Shown: positions 1 to 11,580, counted from the first letter of the stretch. The stretch is DNA of 64,000 bases from Octopus sinensis (GCF_006345805.1 NC_043001.1:82708001-82772000); one strand, 5' to 3'. A program made the numbers and translations. The notes: generated by a model not told the origin, from the letters alone.

Positions 1-174
1 AATGGAACGAAAAACGAGAAACGAAATCAAAAGAATTTAAAAAACTAAGATTCTGGTCTTCCCTAATTGCTGAAATTTAATTAAATACAACTGACTAGCA
101 ACTCCTGCTCGTTCCATCTTTTGGACTGATTAATGTAAGTAATATAATATTAATATAAATAATATAATGGGGTG

Positions 175-660
175 GTTACCGCCCCTGTCAGTATATGTAT
201 ATATTTGCGTTCTTCTTAGAGCATTAAGAGTACTTTTACTGTTACATACTTTTATACTTTTACTTGTTTCAGTCACCTGCCTGCTGCCACGCTGGAGCAC
301 CGCCTTTTTCGTCGAGCAAATCGACCCCAGGACTTATTCTTTGTAAGCCTAGTACTTATTCTATCGGTCTCTTTTGCCGAATCGCTAAGTTACGGGTACG
401 TAAACACACTAGCATCGGTTGTCAAGCGATGTTGGGGGGACGAACACAGACACACAAACATATATATACATATATATGACGGGCTTCTTTCAGTTTCCGT
501 CTACCAAATCCAGCCACAAGGCTTTGGTCGGCCCGAGGCTACAGTATTTTAACTCTTATTTCTAGCAATGTCAGTGCTGCGGCGCACTTAGTCACTCTTA
601 GTGACAATTGAATTTTTCCATTTTGGTATCACATTGTGCCTGGCTGTTTATATTAACTTT
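175..660. repeat. Old interspersed repeat, interrupted by a SINE at 257-545; second uninterrupted copy at about 1362-1515
   Basis: 175-245 (CCTGTCAGTAT...GCATTAAGAGTA) joined to 546-660 (TTTTAACTCTTATTTCTA...TTAGTCAC...AGTGAC) is colinear with 1362-1515. Confidence 0.65.
257..545 (-). mobile_element. SINE family B, 5'-truncated copy (body, internal microsatellite, tail)
   Basis: Reverse complement matches the full copies at 8428-8808 and 46616-47075 (GCCTCGGGCCGACCAAAGCCTTG...GACGGAAACTGAAAGAAGCCCGTC...GGCGGTGCTCCAGC...GACTGAAACAAGTAAAA). Confidence 0.9.
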
Positions 661-724
661 TAGTATACGTATTAACATTTCGCTAATCCTCCATAAATTT
701 TGATGGTAAATAAATATATGTATA

Positions 725-988
725 TATATTGCAAATAAGAAAATGGAGGAAAACAATAGTTGGTTCATCAACTTTAGGATATTAAAAATGTTAACTTATT
801 ATTTATTAAACTGATAATAATAATAATAACATACATACATATAGCATATTATTCTGTGCATTAGAATAATATGCTATATGTATGTATGTTATAATTGTCA
901 GTTTAATAAATAAATAAGTTAACATTTTTAATGTCCTAAAGTTGATTAACCAACTATTGTTTTCCTCCATTTTCTTATTTGCAATATA
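725..988. repeat. Long imperfect palindrome (about 130 bp arms, 7 nt loop at 856-862)
   Basis: TATATTGCAAATAAGAAAATGGAGGAAAACAATAGTTGGTT... is mirrored by ...AACCAACTATTGTTTTCCTCCATTTTCTTATTTGCAATATA; centre ATTCT-GTGCATT-AGAAT. Confidence 0.9.
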
Positions 989-1161
989 AATTAATGGTAA
1001 AATATCTCTTTACCTTCACCCATTTAATACACTAACTAATGTAATTGCAATTCAATAAAAAAAACACTTGTGTATTAATAATTGGGTATTCTACCAACAG
1101 TATATTGGATAGATATTATCCCTTGGTGGGTTGAACTCACAACCCCTAACTTTCTTGGAGT

Positions 1162-1253
<92 letters not shown>

Positions 1254-1666
1254 GCAAACGGAACTAGTCCACCACGAGCCGTTGAAGCAGTCGCCACTGA
1301 CGATGTTTACCGTATAGAAAAAAATAAGGCCTAGTCTGTTAATTCTCGAGACAGTTATACAGCGATTACCACTCCTGTCAGTATGCGCATATAATTGCGC
1401 TATTCTTACAGCATTAAGAGTATTTTAACTCTTATTTCTATCAAAGTAGATGCTCTGTTCCTTTAGTCACACACTCAGTGACGACAGAATTTTTCTTTTA
1501 GAGTTTCACGTTGCGCCTAGGTGTTTATATATATATATATTATATATATATAATATTATATATATATATATATATATATAATAAAATATTAGGGAATAAA
1601 TCCAAATTTACAGGAAAAATCAGATTAGGATTGAATCCAATTTTATAGTAAAATATTATATACTAT

Positions 1667-1970
1667 TAATTAGAGACAAAACCACTATTTTGTAAATCAA
1701 ACAAGAAAGACTTAATCAATACATAAAAAATTTTATATAAAGTAAATAATCGCCACTACAATTGTTTCCTGTCTTCAAATGACATTCATCAGGTGGATTT
1801 CATATCTTCCATTCAATTTAAATTGAATGGAAGATATGAAATCCCCTGATGAATGTCATTTGAAGACAGGAAACAATTGTAGTGGCGATTTATTTACTTT
1901 ATATAAATTTTTTTTATGTATTAAGTCTTTCCTTGTTTGATTTACAAAATAGTGGTTTTGTCTCTAATTA
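1667..1970. repeat. Long palindrome (about 150 bp arms, no loop) carrying two outward-facing hammerhead-like motifs
   Basis: Centre ATTCAATTT|AAATTGAAT at 1811-1828; arms TAATTAGAGACAAAACCACTATTTTG... / ...CAAAATAGTGGTTTTGTCTCTAATTA. Confidence 0.9.
1753..1796 (-). ncRNA. Type I hammerhead-like motif (family 1); mirror copy at 1843-1885 (+)
   Basis: Minus strand reads CCAC-CTGATGA-A-TGTC(ATTTGAA)GACA-G-GAAA-CAATTG-T-A-GTGG. Stem I is CCAC/GTGG, stem III is the palindrome ACAATTGT, triplet GUA. The stem II closing pair is non-canonical (A.G), and the + copy has lost one stem I base. Confidence 0.6.
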
Positions 1971-1971
1971 T

Positions 1972-2014
<43 letters not shown>

Positions 2015-2290
2015 CTGTTCTGGTGATTGATGGTAGATAAAAAAAATATTATATAATAAACACAATTTATGTGCTACTATTAGTTTCATATGATGAGAGT
2101 ATGCCAGACAGCATTTTCAACACGTCTGGTATCCTAGCACTATCATCAGCTATCTGATGTTATTAACTCGGGTATCATCAACATTCACTATGGTTAGCCG
2201 GCATTGGAAACCGATTTAAGACGAAACACGTTAACCGCCAGGATTATACATCCATTTGAAATCATTTGTATATATATATATATATATATA

Positions 2291-3172
2291 TGGCTTTCGA
2301 ACGTTCTAGAATATTCCATACATTTTCAATAGGATTGAGATCTGGGCTTTGACCTGGCCAATCCATAACAATAACCTTTTCAGCCTTGAGGAAGTTCATG
2401 ACCACCTTAGCCTTGTGACATGGGGCATTGTCCTGCATGAATATGGGTGGTCGCTTAGTTGAATTTCTCAGCACAGGCAAGACATGATCTTTTACAAGTT
2501 GTTTATAAACTCCTGCATTTACCTTTCCATGTAAACGCACCAAAGGGCAAACACCATCTCCAGATATCATCCCCCAAACCATGACACTTCCTCCACCGAA
2601 TTTAACACTAGTCTTAAGGCATTTAGGCGACAATTTTTCACCTACTTTTCTACGAACAATACTTTTCCCATCTGAGCCAAATAACATAAACTTAGATTCA
2701 TCACTGAAATGCACCGTTGCCATTTTTCTTGAGACCACAACACATTTGGTTGCAAAGGTAGACGACACGTTTTATTCTTGGAGCTGATCAGTGGCTTCAC
2801 TGCAGGTGCTCTTGCTTGTAGGTCATGTTCAACTAAACGACGAGACACAGTTTTTCGAGATAAAGTTTTCTTCAATACGATGCTCATTTTCCGAGAAACA
2901 GCAGCAGCAGCAGTTTTAAATCTGTCCTTTTTAAACAACTTTACCATAGCACGATCTTCTCTCTTGGTCGTTTTTCTTGGCCTACCTGTAAACTTTCTTA
3001 CTTCACACGAACCACAATCATCGTAGACCTTAAGAATACCATGTACAACACTTTTTGACTTGTTAACAATCTTTGCAATAGATCCAATACTTAAATTATC
3101 CTTCCTTCGAAGCTTAATAATCTGCTGACGAATTGGTAACGGAGTAAGTGGCATTATATTAACAAAGTACAC
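2291..3172 (-). pseudogene. Tc1 transposase (frameshifted), DD34E
   Basis: N-terminal HTH region with GRPRKTT. Catalytic motifs FSDESKF, SVMVWG, FMQDNAPCH and SPDLNPIENVW, with 34 residues between D and E. Frameshifts near 2750-2780. Confidence 0.92.
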
Positions 3173-3492
3173 TGCAAATATTCTTACTAACGTTTAGTAA
3201 ACGAACCGTCACGTAAACAAATTCAAAACATTAGAGTTCGCCGGTTAAATATACTAAAACACGAGTAAAAGCACCATTCTGATCATTTTGGCCGCATGGG
3301 TTTTGCAGTAAATCACTAAATCATCCTAACTTTTGTATTATCCTCTCAAATTACACCAAAATCTCAGGCAATAACAAATAATATCGTATTTATTTTCTGT
3401 GAAAATTATAGAATATAAAACAAGTTTGATAAAAAATCATATCTACTTTTCTGACGAAAACAATGCCGTTCTGAACATTTTGGCCGCCACTG
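2291..3492 (-). mobile_element. Tc1-family DNA transposon, 3'-truncated, IR/DR-type left end
   Basis: TA|CAGTGGCGGCCAAAATGTTCAGAA terminus at 3492, with an inner direct repeat CGGCCAAAATGATCAGAA at about 3278-3295. Transposase lies downstream; the other end is replaced by (TA)n. Confidence 0.9.
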
Positions 3493-3520
3493 TATATATA
3501 TATATCTGTAAATATAAATA

Positions 3521-3731
3521 TATCTGCAAATATAATATGTGACAATTATTTGGCAGCCAAGATAAAACTCTGAATTTCGGATGCCGAGGTGGAAATCCAC
3601 ACCACCATCTCTTCAGTTATCCGATGGGCGGATAACTGAAGAGATGGTGGTATGGATTTCCACCTCGGCATCCGAAACTCAGAGTTTTATCTTGGCTACC
3701 GAATAATTATCACATATTATATTTACAGATA
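3521..3731. repeat. Long palindrome (about 103 bp arms, loop ATGGG at 3624-3628) with two outward-facing hammerhead-like motifs
   Basis: TATCTGCAAATATAATATGTGACAATTATTTGGCAGCCAAG... is mirrored by ...CTTGGCTACCGAATAATTATCACATATTATATTTACAGATA. Confidence 0.92.
3631..3691 (+). ncRNA. Type I hammerhead-like motif (family 2); mirror copy at about 3561-3621 (-)
   Basis: GATAA-CTGAAGA-GATG GTGG(TATGGATTT)CCAC CTCGG CATC-C-GAAA-CTCAGAG-T-T-TTATC. 5 bp stem I, long two-part stem II, near-palindromic stem III ACTC(A)GAGT, triplet GUU at 3684-3686. Confidence 0.72.
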
Positions 3732-3793
3732 AATTCCTCTATTTACATAATATATGAGGTCTCTTTCTTTCTTTTGTTATCTTACCGTTTTTA

Positions 3794-3879
<86 letters not shown>

Positions 3880-3880
3880 A

Positions 3881-3945
<65 letters not shown>

Positions 3946-4454
3946 TTAGTGGAATAATATTACCTGTTAACTCGGAAGCTTACTATAGATCCCTAGCTCC
4001 AGTCTCAGCTGTAAACCTGGGACCTAACGGATGACCATTTATAGCACTTATCCAGCGTACCTCTACGTTTTGATAACCAGTGAAATAAACATCTTATATT
4101 CTATGTGTGTGTGTGTGTGTGTGTGCATGTGCGTATATATACATGTGCCAGTATATATAGTTGTGTGTGCATACATACATGAGCCTGTATATATATATGT
4201 GTGTGTGTGTGTGTCTGTGCGTGCGCCACGTGTGTTTGTGTGTGTGTGTTTGCATGTGTGTATGTGCGTTTTATGTTTGTACATCCCACTGTTTGATAAA
4301 GGATGTTGGTTTCTTCATATCCCCGTCACCTAGCGTTTCGGGAAAAAAAAATCTAGATGTATAACACATAAACGAACAAAATCCTCGCTTACTACATTTC
4401 CACACTTTCACAAATGTTCTATTTCAGGCGCATAAGCGCGCGCACACACACACA

Positions 4455-4499
<45 letters not shown>

Positions 4500-4777
4500 A
4501 ACGAACATACACACATACACACACATCTACGCACACGCACACAAATGCGAACACACACATGCACAAGCACACAAGGGGCATGACACGTAGAGATTTCATT
4601 GAAAGTCGTGAGAATCAACAGATACGTAACATCGGTTTAGGCTCTTCACAGTTCTCAATGACGTCACATCGAGTTGAACAGCCGATGAAGAGTAGCATAT
4701 GAAGTCTTTATAGGTAGAGTGATGAAGATTCAACATTTGCTGACTGAAATAAAAGATTTTGAAGAAATATAAACGCC

Positions 4778-4940
4778 AGCGTAGCTGTGTGGTAAGAAGC
4801 TTGTTCCCCTGCTACATAGCTCCGGGCTCCGGGCTCCGTCCCATTGTGTGCCACCTTGGGTAGGTGTCTTCTACTATAACCTCGGTCCGACCGAAGCTTT
4901 GCGAGTGGAATTAGTAGACGGAAACTGAAAAAGCCAGTTG
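4778..4940 (+). mobile_element. SINE family B head (diverged)
   Basis: GTAGCTGTGTGGTAAGAAGCTTG...CACCTTGGGTAGGTGTCTTCTACTATA...GACGGAAACTGAAAAAGCC followed by (TA)n. Confidence 0.8.
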
Positions 4941-4941
4941 T

Positions 4942-4992
<51 letters not shown>

Positions 4993-5616
4993 AGAAAATA
5001 GTAAAGTGTGAAAAAACGACAGAAGGCTTAAATGTTAAAAATATATATATTTGTGTCAAAATGTCTGGAGAATATTGGAAAAATTTTTTTCCTTTCCTTA
5101 AAATGACATAATTTTAAATTTTAAAGAAATTACCGGTTCGCGTGTAGCTTTTCAAATTTCTTGTGACGTTATGTTTATATTGCATGGAGCTATCGTTGTG
5201 TTTATTAACAGGAGATTTCTAAATAAGGGGAGGTAGTGAGTGATTTCTTCCGGTGTAAGGGAGATAATCGCTTAAATTTTTTTTTTTTTTTCCTTTTTCC
5301 TTGTTAATTTCTCTGTGTCAGTATGTTCGGATGGTTGAGTCTGGGTTTGTACCTTTCAATCCAGTAATTTTTACTAGTTTATTTTGTCTTTTTGTCTTCT
5401 CTCCTGGTGCTGTATGAACTTTTAATGTGGATTTTAGAGTCAAGTTTTGGCTGCTATTTCAAGCGTGGTGGTATCTCTTAGCTACCCTAAATTATAATTT
5501 TAATAATAATTATTACCTTTTAAGGTATTTATTCCCATGCTGTCCACTTGGTAAGTTCGATATTTAAATAACGATCTGATCCTTATATATATATATATTA
5601 TATATATAGATATATA

Positions 5617-5669
<53 letters not shown>

Positions 5670-5684
5670 ATATATGTAAAGGAA

Positions 5685-5790
5685 CACTTCGTCGGTTACA
5701 ACGACGAGGGTCCCAGCTGATACGATCAACGGAACAGCCTGCTCGTGAAATAAACGTGCAAGTGGCTGAGCAATCCACAGACACGTGTAT
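5685..5790 (-). mobile_element. 3' tail of SINE family D, fused to a LINE fragment
   Basis: Minus strand TACACGTGTCTGTGGATTGCTCAGCCACTTGCACG...TTTCACGAGCAGGCTGTTCCGTTGATCG matches 43318-43432 and the end of 47188-47425. Confidence 0.75.
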
Positions 5791-6737
5791 CTTTTGAATT
5801 TCTACCATTTTGGGGGTTTCCTGGTATCTGAGCTAGGTAACAATCAGCCCCTTTTGCTATCATTCCTAGGGTACCTATGACAACAGGTAATGTTTTAGTC
5901 TTCAGGTTCCACATTTTGCTCATTTCTGTTTCAAGATCTTTATACTTGCTCAGTTTTTGGTAGGTCTTGACAAATACGTTTATATTGATTGGGACAGTCA
6001 TATCAATAAGGAAGCATGATTTTTGTCTGAAGTCTTTCAATATAATGTCAGGCCTATTTGCATCTATCTTTTTATCAGTTAGAATGGTGAAATTCCAGAG
6101 GAGTGAGATGTGATCATATTCAAGCACTAGAGGTGGTTTGTGTTCCCAGGAGTTTTTATCATGGAACAGGTCCAGGTCTTTGCAAATAACCCAGTGAATA
6201 TATTGTGCAGTTCTATCATGCCTGTTGAGATACTCGTAGGCGCAAGAAGACTGCACATGGAGACAACATGATCAATGGTTTCATTTTGTTGTTGACGGTG
6301 TTAAAGGTAGCGAGCTGGCAGAAACATTAGCACGCCTGGCGAAATGCGTAGCTGTATTTCGTCTGCCGTTACGTTCTGAGTTCAAATTCCGCCGAGGTCG
6401 ACTTTGCCTTTCATCCTTTCGGGGTCGATAAATTAAGTACCAGTTACGCACTGGGATCGATATAATCGACTTAATCCGTTTGTCTGTCCTTGTGTGTCCT
6501 CTCTGTGTGTAGCCCCTTGTGGGTAGTAGAGAAATAGGTTTCATTTTGTTGTTGACATACACGACATGTTGGGAAAGCCACCGTTCTTTAATATGTTGGC
6601 CTGGTAGTTTCTTGTAAGTAAGCATTGATCTTAGGATGCTATGATAAACCCTCCTGTTTCAGATTTTAAGCCACAAGCCATTAACCATTAATGAGTAAGG
6701 GCTTTGTCAACATCGGCATTATTAGCTCTCTTTGGGT
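5791..6737 (-). mobile_element. R4/Dong-clade LINE fragment (zinc knuckle and REL endonuclease), split by a SINE
   Basis: Translates as ...GLKSET.GFIIA..DQCLLTRNYQANIL...CRVCQQQNET [SINE] IDHVVS.C...RHDRTAQYIHW...ANRPDII...LIDMTVP...KLSKYKDLE...PVVIGTLG, with stops and frameshifts. Confidence 0.9.
6297..6536 (+). mobile_element. SINE family A (long-tail variant) with 20 bp TSD
   Basis: GGTTTCATTTTGTTGTTGAC occurs at both 6277-6296 and 6537-6556; tRNA-like head with B box GAGTTCAAATTCC. Confidence 0.95.
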
Positions 6738-6745
6738 ATTTGTTG

Positions 6746-6817
<72 letters not shown>

Positions 6818-7073
6818 GTGTTATTATTATTCCACCGATCGCATTACCCGATTGGTAGAGGGAAGTGAATACCTGACGACATTTTTGGTGCCAGACGCAA
6901 AAAGTTTTTTTTTCTTGACTCAGGTCTGCAGCTATGTGGGTTAACTGTGTCGAAAATGTATGTCTAAATAAATGGAAAAATTATCCAAATAAAACTTACT
7001 CGAAAATAAATCAGAACGGCGGGACTGAACATATAGAAACAGTCCGTATTATAACATATGCCCTAAGAACGAT

Positions 7074-7187
<114 letters not shown>

Positions 7188-7254
7188 CACACACATACAT
7201 ATACACATACTCAAAAATAAAAATACGCCAGAAAGACTTGGGTGAAACTTTACA

Positions 7255-7740
7255 CAGGCATAATAATAAGAAGCTCGCTTTGCAGCCAATGTTGTTTCGG
7301 GTTCATTCCCACTGCGTGGCAACTTGGACAAGTGTCTTCAGCTGTCGTTCCGTGTCAACCAATGCCTAGTGAGTGAATGTGGTAAATGGAAGATGTGTGA
7401 GAGACCATCGCATATACATATTGACGCGCGTGCGTTCACCCTCATCGCCCACACATTCAGTAGATCGATAGGTAAATATATATGCATGTGTGTGTTTGTG
7501 TGTGTGCCTGTATGTATAACGTGTATTTGTGTTTGTATTTATCCCCACCGCCATCGTTTGATAACCGGTGTTGGCCTGTTTACGTCCTTGTAACCTAGCG
7601 ATTCAGCCAAAGAAACCCGATATAATAAGTATCATACTTTAAAAAAAAAATAAAGTATTGATGATGATTTGTTTGACTAAACAGTTCAAGGCGGTGCTCC
7701 AGCATGGTCGCTGTCCAATAACTGAAACAAGTAAAAGATT
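7255..7740 (+). mobile_element. SINE family B, diverged full copy
   Basis: Head GGGTTCATTCCCACTGCGTGGCAACTTGGACAAGTGTCTTC; tail TTGATAACCGGTGTTGG...GGCGGTGCTCCAGCATGG...ACTGAAACAAGTAAAAG. Confidence 0.8.
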
Positions 7741-7765
7741 TAATAAAGATAGATGACGCATATTT

Positions 7766-7883
7766 GCTTACGGCCATATCACTTTGAAAGCACCGGTTCT
7801 CGTCCGATCACCGAAATTAAGCAACGTCGAGCCTAGCTAGTACTTGAATGGGTGACCGCTTGGGACACCTTGGTGCTGTAAGC
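7766..7883 (+). rRNA. Dispersed 5S rRNA copy (probably a pseudogene or variant)
   Basis: GCTTACGGCCATATCACTTTGAAAGCACCGGTTCTCGTCCGATCACCGAAATTAAGCAACGTCGAGCCTAGCTAGTACTTGAATGGGTGACCGCTTGGGACACCTTGGTGCTGTAAGC. 118 nt, terminal helix GCTTAC/GTAAGC, T5 run at 7892-7896. Box C reads TGAATGGG instead of the usual TGGATGGG. Confidence 0.88.
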
Positions 7884-7898
7884 GTCACACATTTTTAT

Positions 7899-8061
7899 AG
7901 GCGCAGGAGTGGCTGTGTGGTAAGTAGCTTGCTAACCAACCACATGGTTCCGGGTTCAGTCCCACTGCGTAGCACCTTGGGCAAGTGTCTTCTACTTTAG
8001 CCCCGGGCCGACCAAAACCTTGTGAGTGGATTTGGTAGACGGAAACTGAAAGAAGCCCGTC

Positions 8062-8126
<65 letters not shown>
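7899..8126 (+). mobile_element. SINE family B head plus internal (TA)n(TG)n; tail missing
   Basis: AGGCGCAGGAGTGGCTGTGTGGTAAGTAGCTTGCT...GGTTCAGTCCCACTGCG...CCTTGGGCAAGTGTCTTC (tRNA-like A/B boxes and a CORE-like motif). Confidence 0.9.
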
Positions 8127-8127
<1 letters not shown>

Positions 8128-8128
8128 A

Positions 8129-8330
8129 TTTAGAGGGCAAGCCACTATGTGGTCGGCCGTATGCTAGAAGTAGATCACCTACGATCAAACTACAAAGAAA
8201 AGAATGTTCTCTAGAGGAAAATTCAGCGGACACCAGAACGAAAATGCGGGCAAGACAGATGAATATTAGTTTGATCGTAGGTGATCTACTTCTAGCATAC
8301 GGCCGACCACATAGTAGCTTGCCCTCCAAA
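8129..8330. mobile_element. MITE, 202 bp, 64 bp TIRs, TA flanks (Tc1/mariner type)
   Basis: TIRs at 8129-8192 and 8267-8330 differ at 2 positions; TA at 8127-8128 and 8331-8332. Confidence 0.9.
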
Positions 8331-8427
8331 TATACACATGTATTAGAATTTTCTCTGATTTTTCAGATTTTTGTATGCTAGGCTACTGGTCTTAAATTGA
8401 TGTTAATTAAATTAATATTCAATTTAT

Positions 8428-9140
<713 letters not shown>

Positions 9141-9149
9141 AAAGGGTAT

Positions 9150-9300
9150 ATAAGGAAAGTATCAGCAGTAGGCAATATCACTCGGAGAATACAATGCATC
9201 AAAGGTCAACACAATAGAACATAACAAAACCTAACACTGAGCGTACCCAGTGTACCTAGAGCTGTACTTGGCTGTGTACTGAAAGCATGTATAATAAATA
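9150..9300 (+). mobile_element. Diverged extreme 3' end of an R4/Dong-like LINE (related to the copy at 11649-12139)
   Basis: TACCCAGTGTACCTAGAGCTGTACTTGGCTGTGTACTGAAAGCATGTATAATAAA aligns with the 3'UTR TACCCAAGGCACACAGAGCTGCGCTCGGTAGTGAAGTGAAAGCACGATATAAAA. Confidence 0.55.
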
Positions 9301-10002
9301 AGACTACTGAGGGGGAAAAATTAATAATAATGTCACCATTAACAACACCGTTGTAGAAAAATCTAAAATGTGATGAAGAAGCTTAAAGCGCGAGAAAAGG
9401 AAGAAAATACCTTAAAAAGAATTTAAATGGATAAATATAATTGAAAGAAAAACCGACCCTTCCTTTTCCAGAAGTCAGAAGAAAAATTATAAAAAGGAAG
9501 AAGGAAAGCGAATAGTGAACAAACGAAAATAAATAAAATGTGTGTCTGCGCCATTTTCTTAGACTACCAGGTGCCATATTTCGCTGAGTTGTTTCTTTGA
9601 AGATGCTATTAAAATAATATCGGAGAGAACAAAAATAACGACTAGAATGACAACAGTAGCAACAGCAGCAATAACAACAATAACAACGGCAACGATGTTG
9701 AGGATGAAGATGATGATGACAACAACAATGGCGATGACGACGACGACTACAGCAACAATGAGTATGGCGGCGGCGGCGACGGAAACCGACGATGACGACG
9801 ACGCTGACGCTGACGTTAAACAACAGCAGCAAAACTCTGCATATAGCAGCAGTGGCAACAACAACAACAACAACAACAACAATGACATTTGCGGTAACAA
9901 AGATGAGAGTGACGTCAGCATAACAGCAACATAAAAAAAATAGCAGTAATTAGAAGGACGATGACGACGATCACAATAACAACGACAACAACAACAGGAT
10001 GT

Positions 10003-10195
10003 GGAGGCGCAATGGCCCAGTGGTTAGGGCAGCGGACTCGCGGTCGTAAGAACGCGGTTTCGATTCCCAGACCGAGCATTGCGAGTGTTTATTGAACAAA
10101 AACACCTAAGCTCCACGAGGCTCCGGCGGGGGTTGGTGGTGAACCCAGCTGTTCTTTTTCACAACAACTTTCTCTCACTCTTTTTTCCTACTTCT
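10003..10195 (+). mobile_element. SINE family C with tRNA-Arg-like head
   Basis: TGGCCCAGTGGTTAGGGCAGCGGACTCGCGGTCGTAAGAACGCGGTTTCGATTCC resembles tRNA-Arg (A box TGGCCCAGTGG, B box GGTTTCGATTCC) but has no acceptor stem; a unique body follows. Confidence 0.75.
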
Positions 10196-10561
10196 TCCAC
10201 AAAGCAGGGTGTAACCGACTATGGTGTGGTAAGCTTTCAGACCCTAGTCTAGATTGCGAATCCTCTGCACCCCCATGATGGTTCAGCTCTCCACCCGTTA
10301 AAAGCCACCGTTTACGGAATGAGGATAACAACGTAGCATTCGCGCCCATGGAAGCGCCAGTCTATCGCGTGTGGTGGGTCGATCTTCAAGTTGCTACACA
10401 CATTCTTAGTAGCTTAGAGTAGGCTCGAATTAGAGATTATTGTTTGTGGCTAATGGCGTGAGTCCTGATTGGAAGAAGAAGAAGAAGAAGAAGAAGACAA
10501 CAACAGGACTAGGATAGAAAACGCACTGTGAAGGAAGCATCGATGACGAAGACAATAGCAA

Positions 10562-10736
10562 CATGCTTAGCGGCATTTCGTCAGTCTGCATGTTCAGAGT
10601 TCAAATTCCGCCGAGGTCGACTTTGCTTTTCATCCTTTCGGGGTCAAAAAATTAAGTACCAGTGAAACACTTGGGTCGATATAATCGACTAGTCCCCTCC
10701 CGCAAAATTTCAGGCCTTGTGCCTACCGTGGAAAGG

Positions 10737-10796
<60 letters not shown>

Positions 10797-10797
10797 T
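10562..10797 (+). mobile_element. SINE family A (short-tail variant, head truncated) ending in an (ATT)n tail
   Basis: ATGCTTAGCGGCATTTCGTC...GAGTTCAAATTCCGCCGAGGTCGACTTTG...GGCCTTGTGCCTACCGTGGAAAGG then (ATT)n. Confidence 0.88.
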
Positions 10798-11321
10798 TAT
10801 TGTCTTTGCACAGCTTATAACGTTGGAGATGTACTACGGTGTCAGCTGTTCACTACCAGTGAACTGAGTTAATACCCCTTATTTTTCGAGCACTATACAG
10901 AGTATTCGAGCAGTTCCAAGCAGTGCTGTTTTCTGCAAGTGCTCCAGCCTTATTGCAACCCTATTTGATCCATGTACTTCTCAAGATTTTTACTCACTGT
11001 TCCCAAGGCTCCAACAATTATTGGTACTACTACCACCTTTTTCATCGACCACAACTGCTTAACCTCCCAAGCTAACCTATCGTATTTATCGACTTTACTT
11101 TCTTCCTTAACGCATACCTCATTGTCAGCTGGGCATGCTATATCTATGATCCAACATCGTTTGCTTTATATCTCAATTAACACTATGTTTGGTTTTATAT
11201 TTTCCATCTCACGGTCGCACTGAATCATAAAATCCCATAGGATCTTTACATGATCATTTTCGATGATGCTTTCGGGCTTATGTTCGTACCACGTTTTTGC
11301 TCTGTCAAGCCCATACTTTTG

Positions 11322-11322
<1 letters not shown>
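10797..11322 (-). mobile_element. R4/Dong-clade LINE 3' fragment, family D (degenerate)
   Basis: Minus strand gives QKYGLDRAKTWYEHKPESIIENDHVKILWDF...IRLEHLQKTALLGTARIL; (TAA)n on both sides. Confidence 0.82.
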
Positions 11323-11355
<33 letters not shown>

Positions 11356-11425
11356 CATCATCATCATCATCATCATCACCATCACCACCAAAACAACAAC
11401 AACCACCACCACCACCACCACCACC

Positions 11426-11459
<34 letters not shown>

Positions 11460-11465
11460 TCATCA

Positions 11466-11509
<44 letters not shown>

Positions 11510-11516
11510 TTTTAAA

Positions 11517-11580
<64 letters not shown>

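Noticed and set aside
2145-2240. CTGATG...GAAACACGTT as a hammerhead
   Set aside because: The core reads CTGATGT, the spacing is too long and there is no stem II.
10003-10075. Functional tRNA-Arg gene
   Set aside because: A and B boxes are present, but the acceptor stem cannot form and a SINE body follows.
10200-10500. RTE-type LINE 3' end with (GAA)n tail
   Set aside because: The tail is suggestive, but no RT C-terminal motif could be read in any frame, so no call was made.
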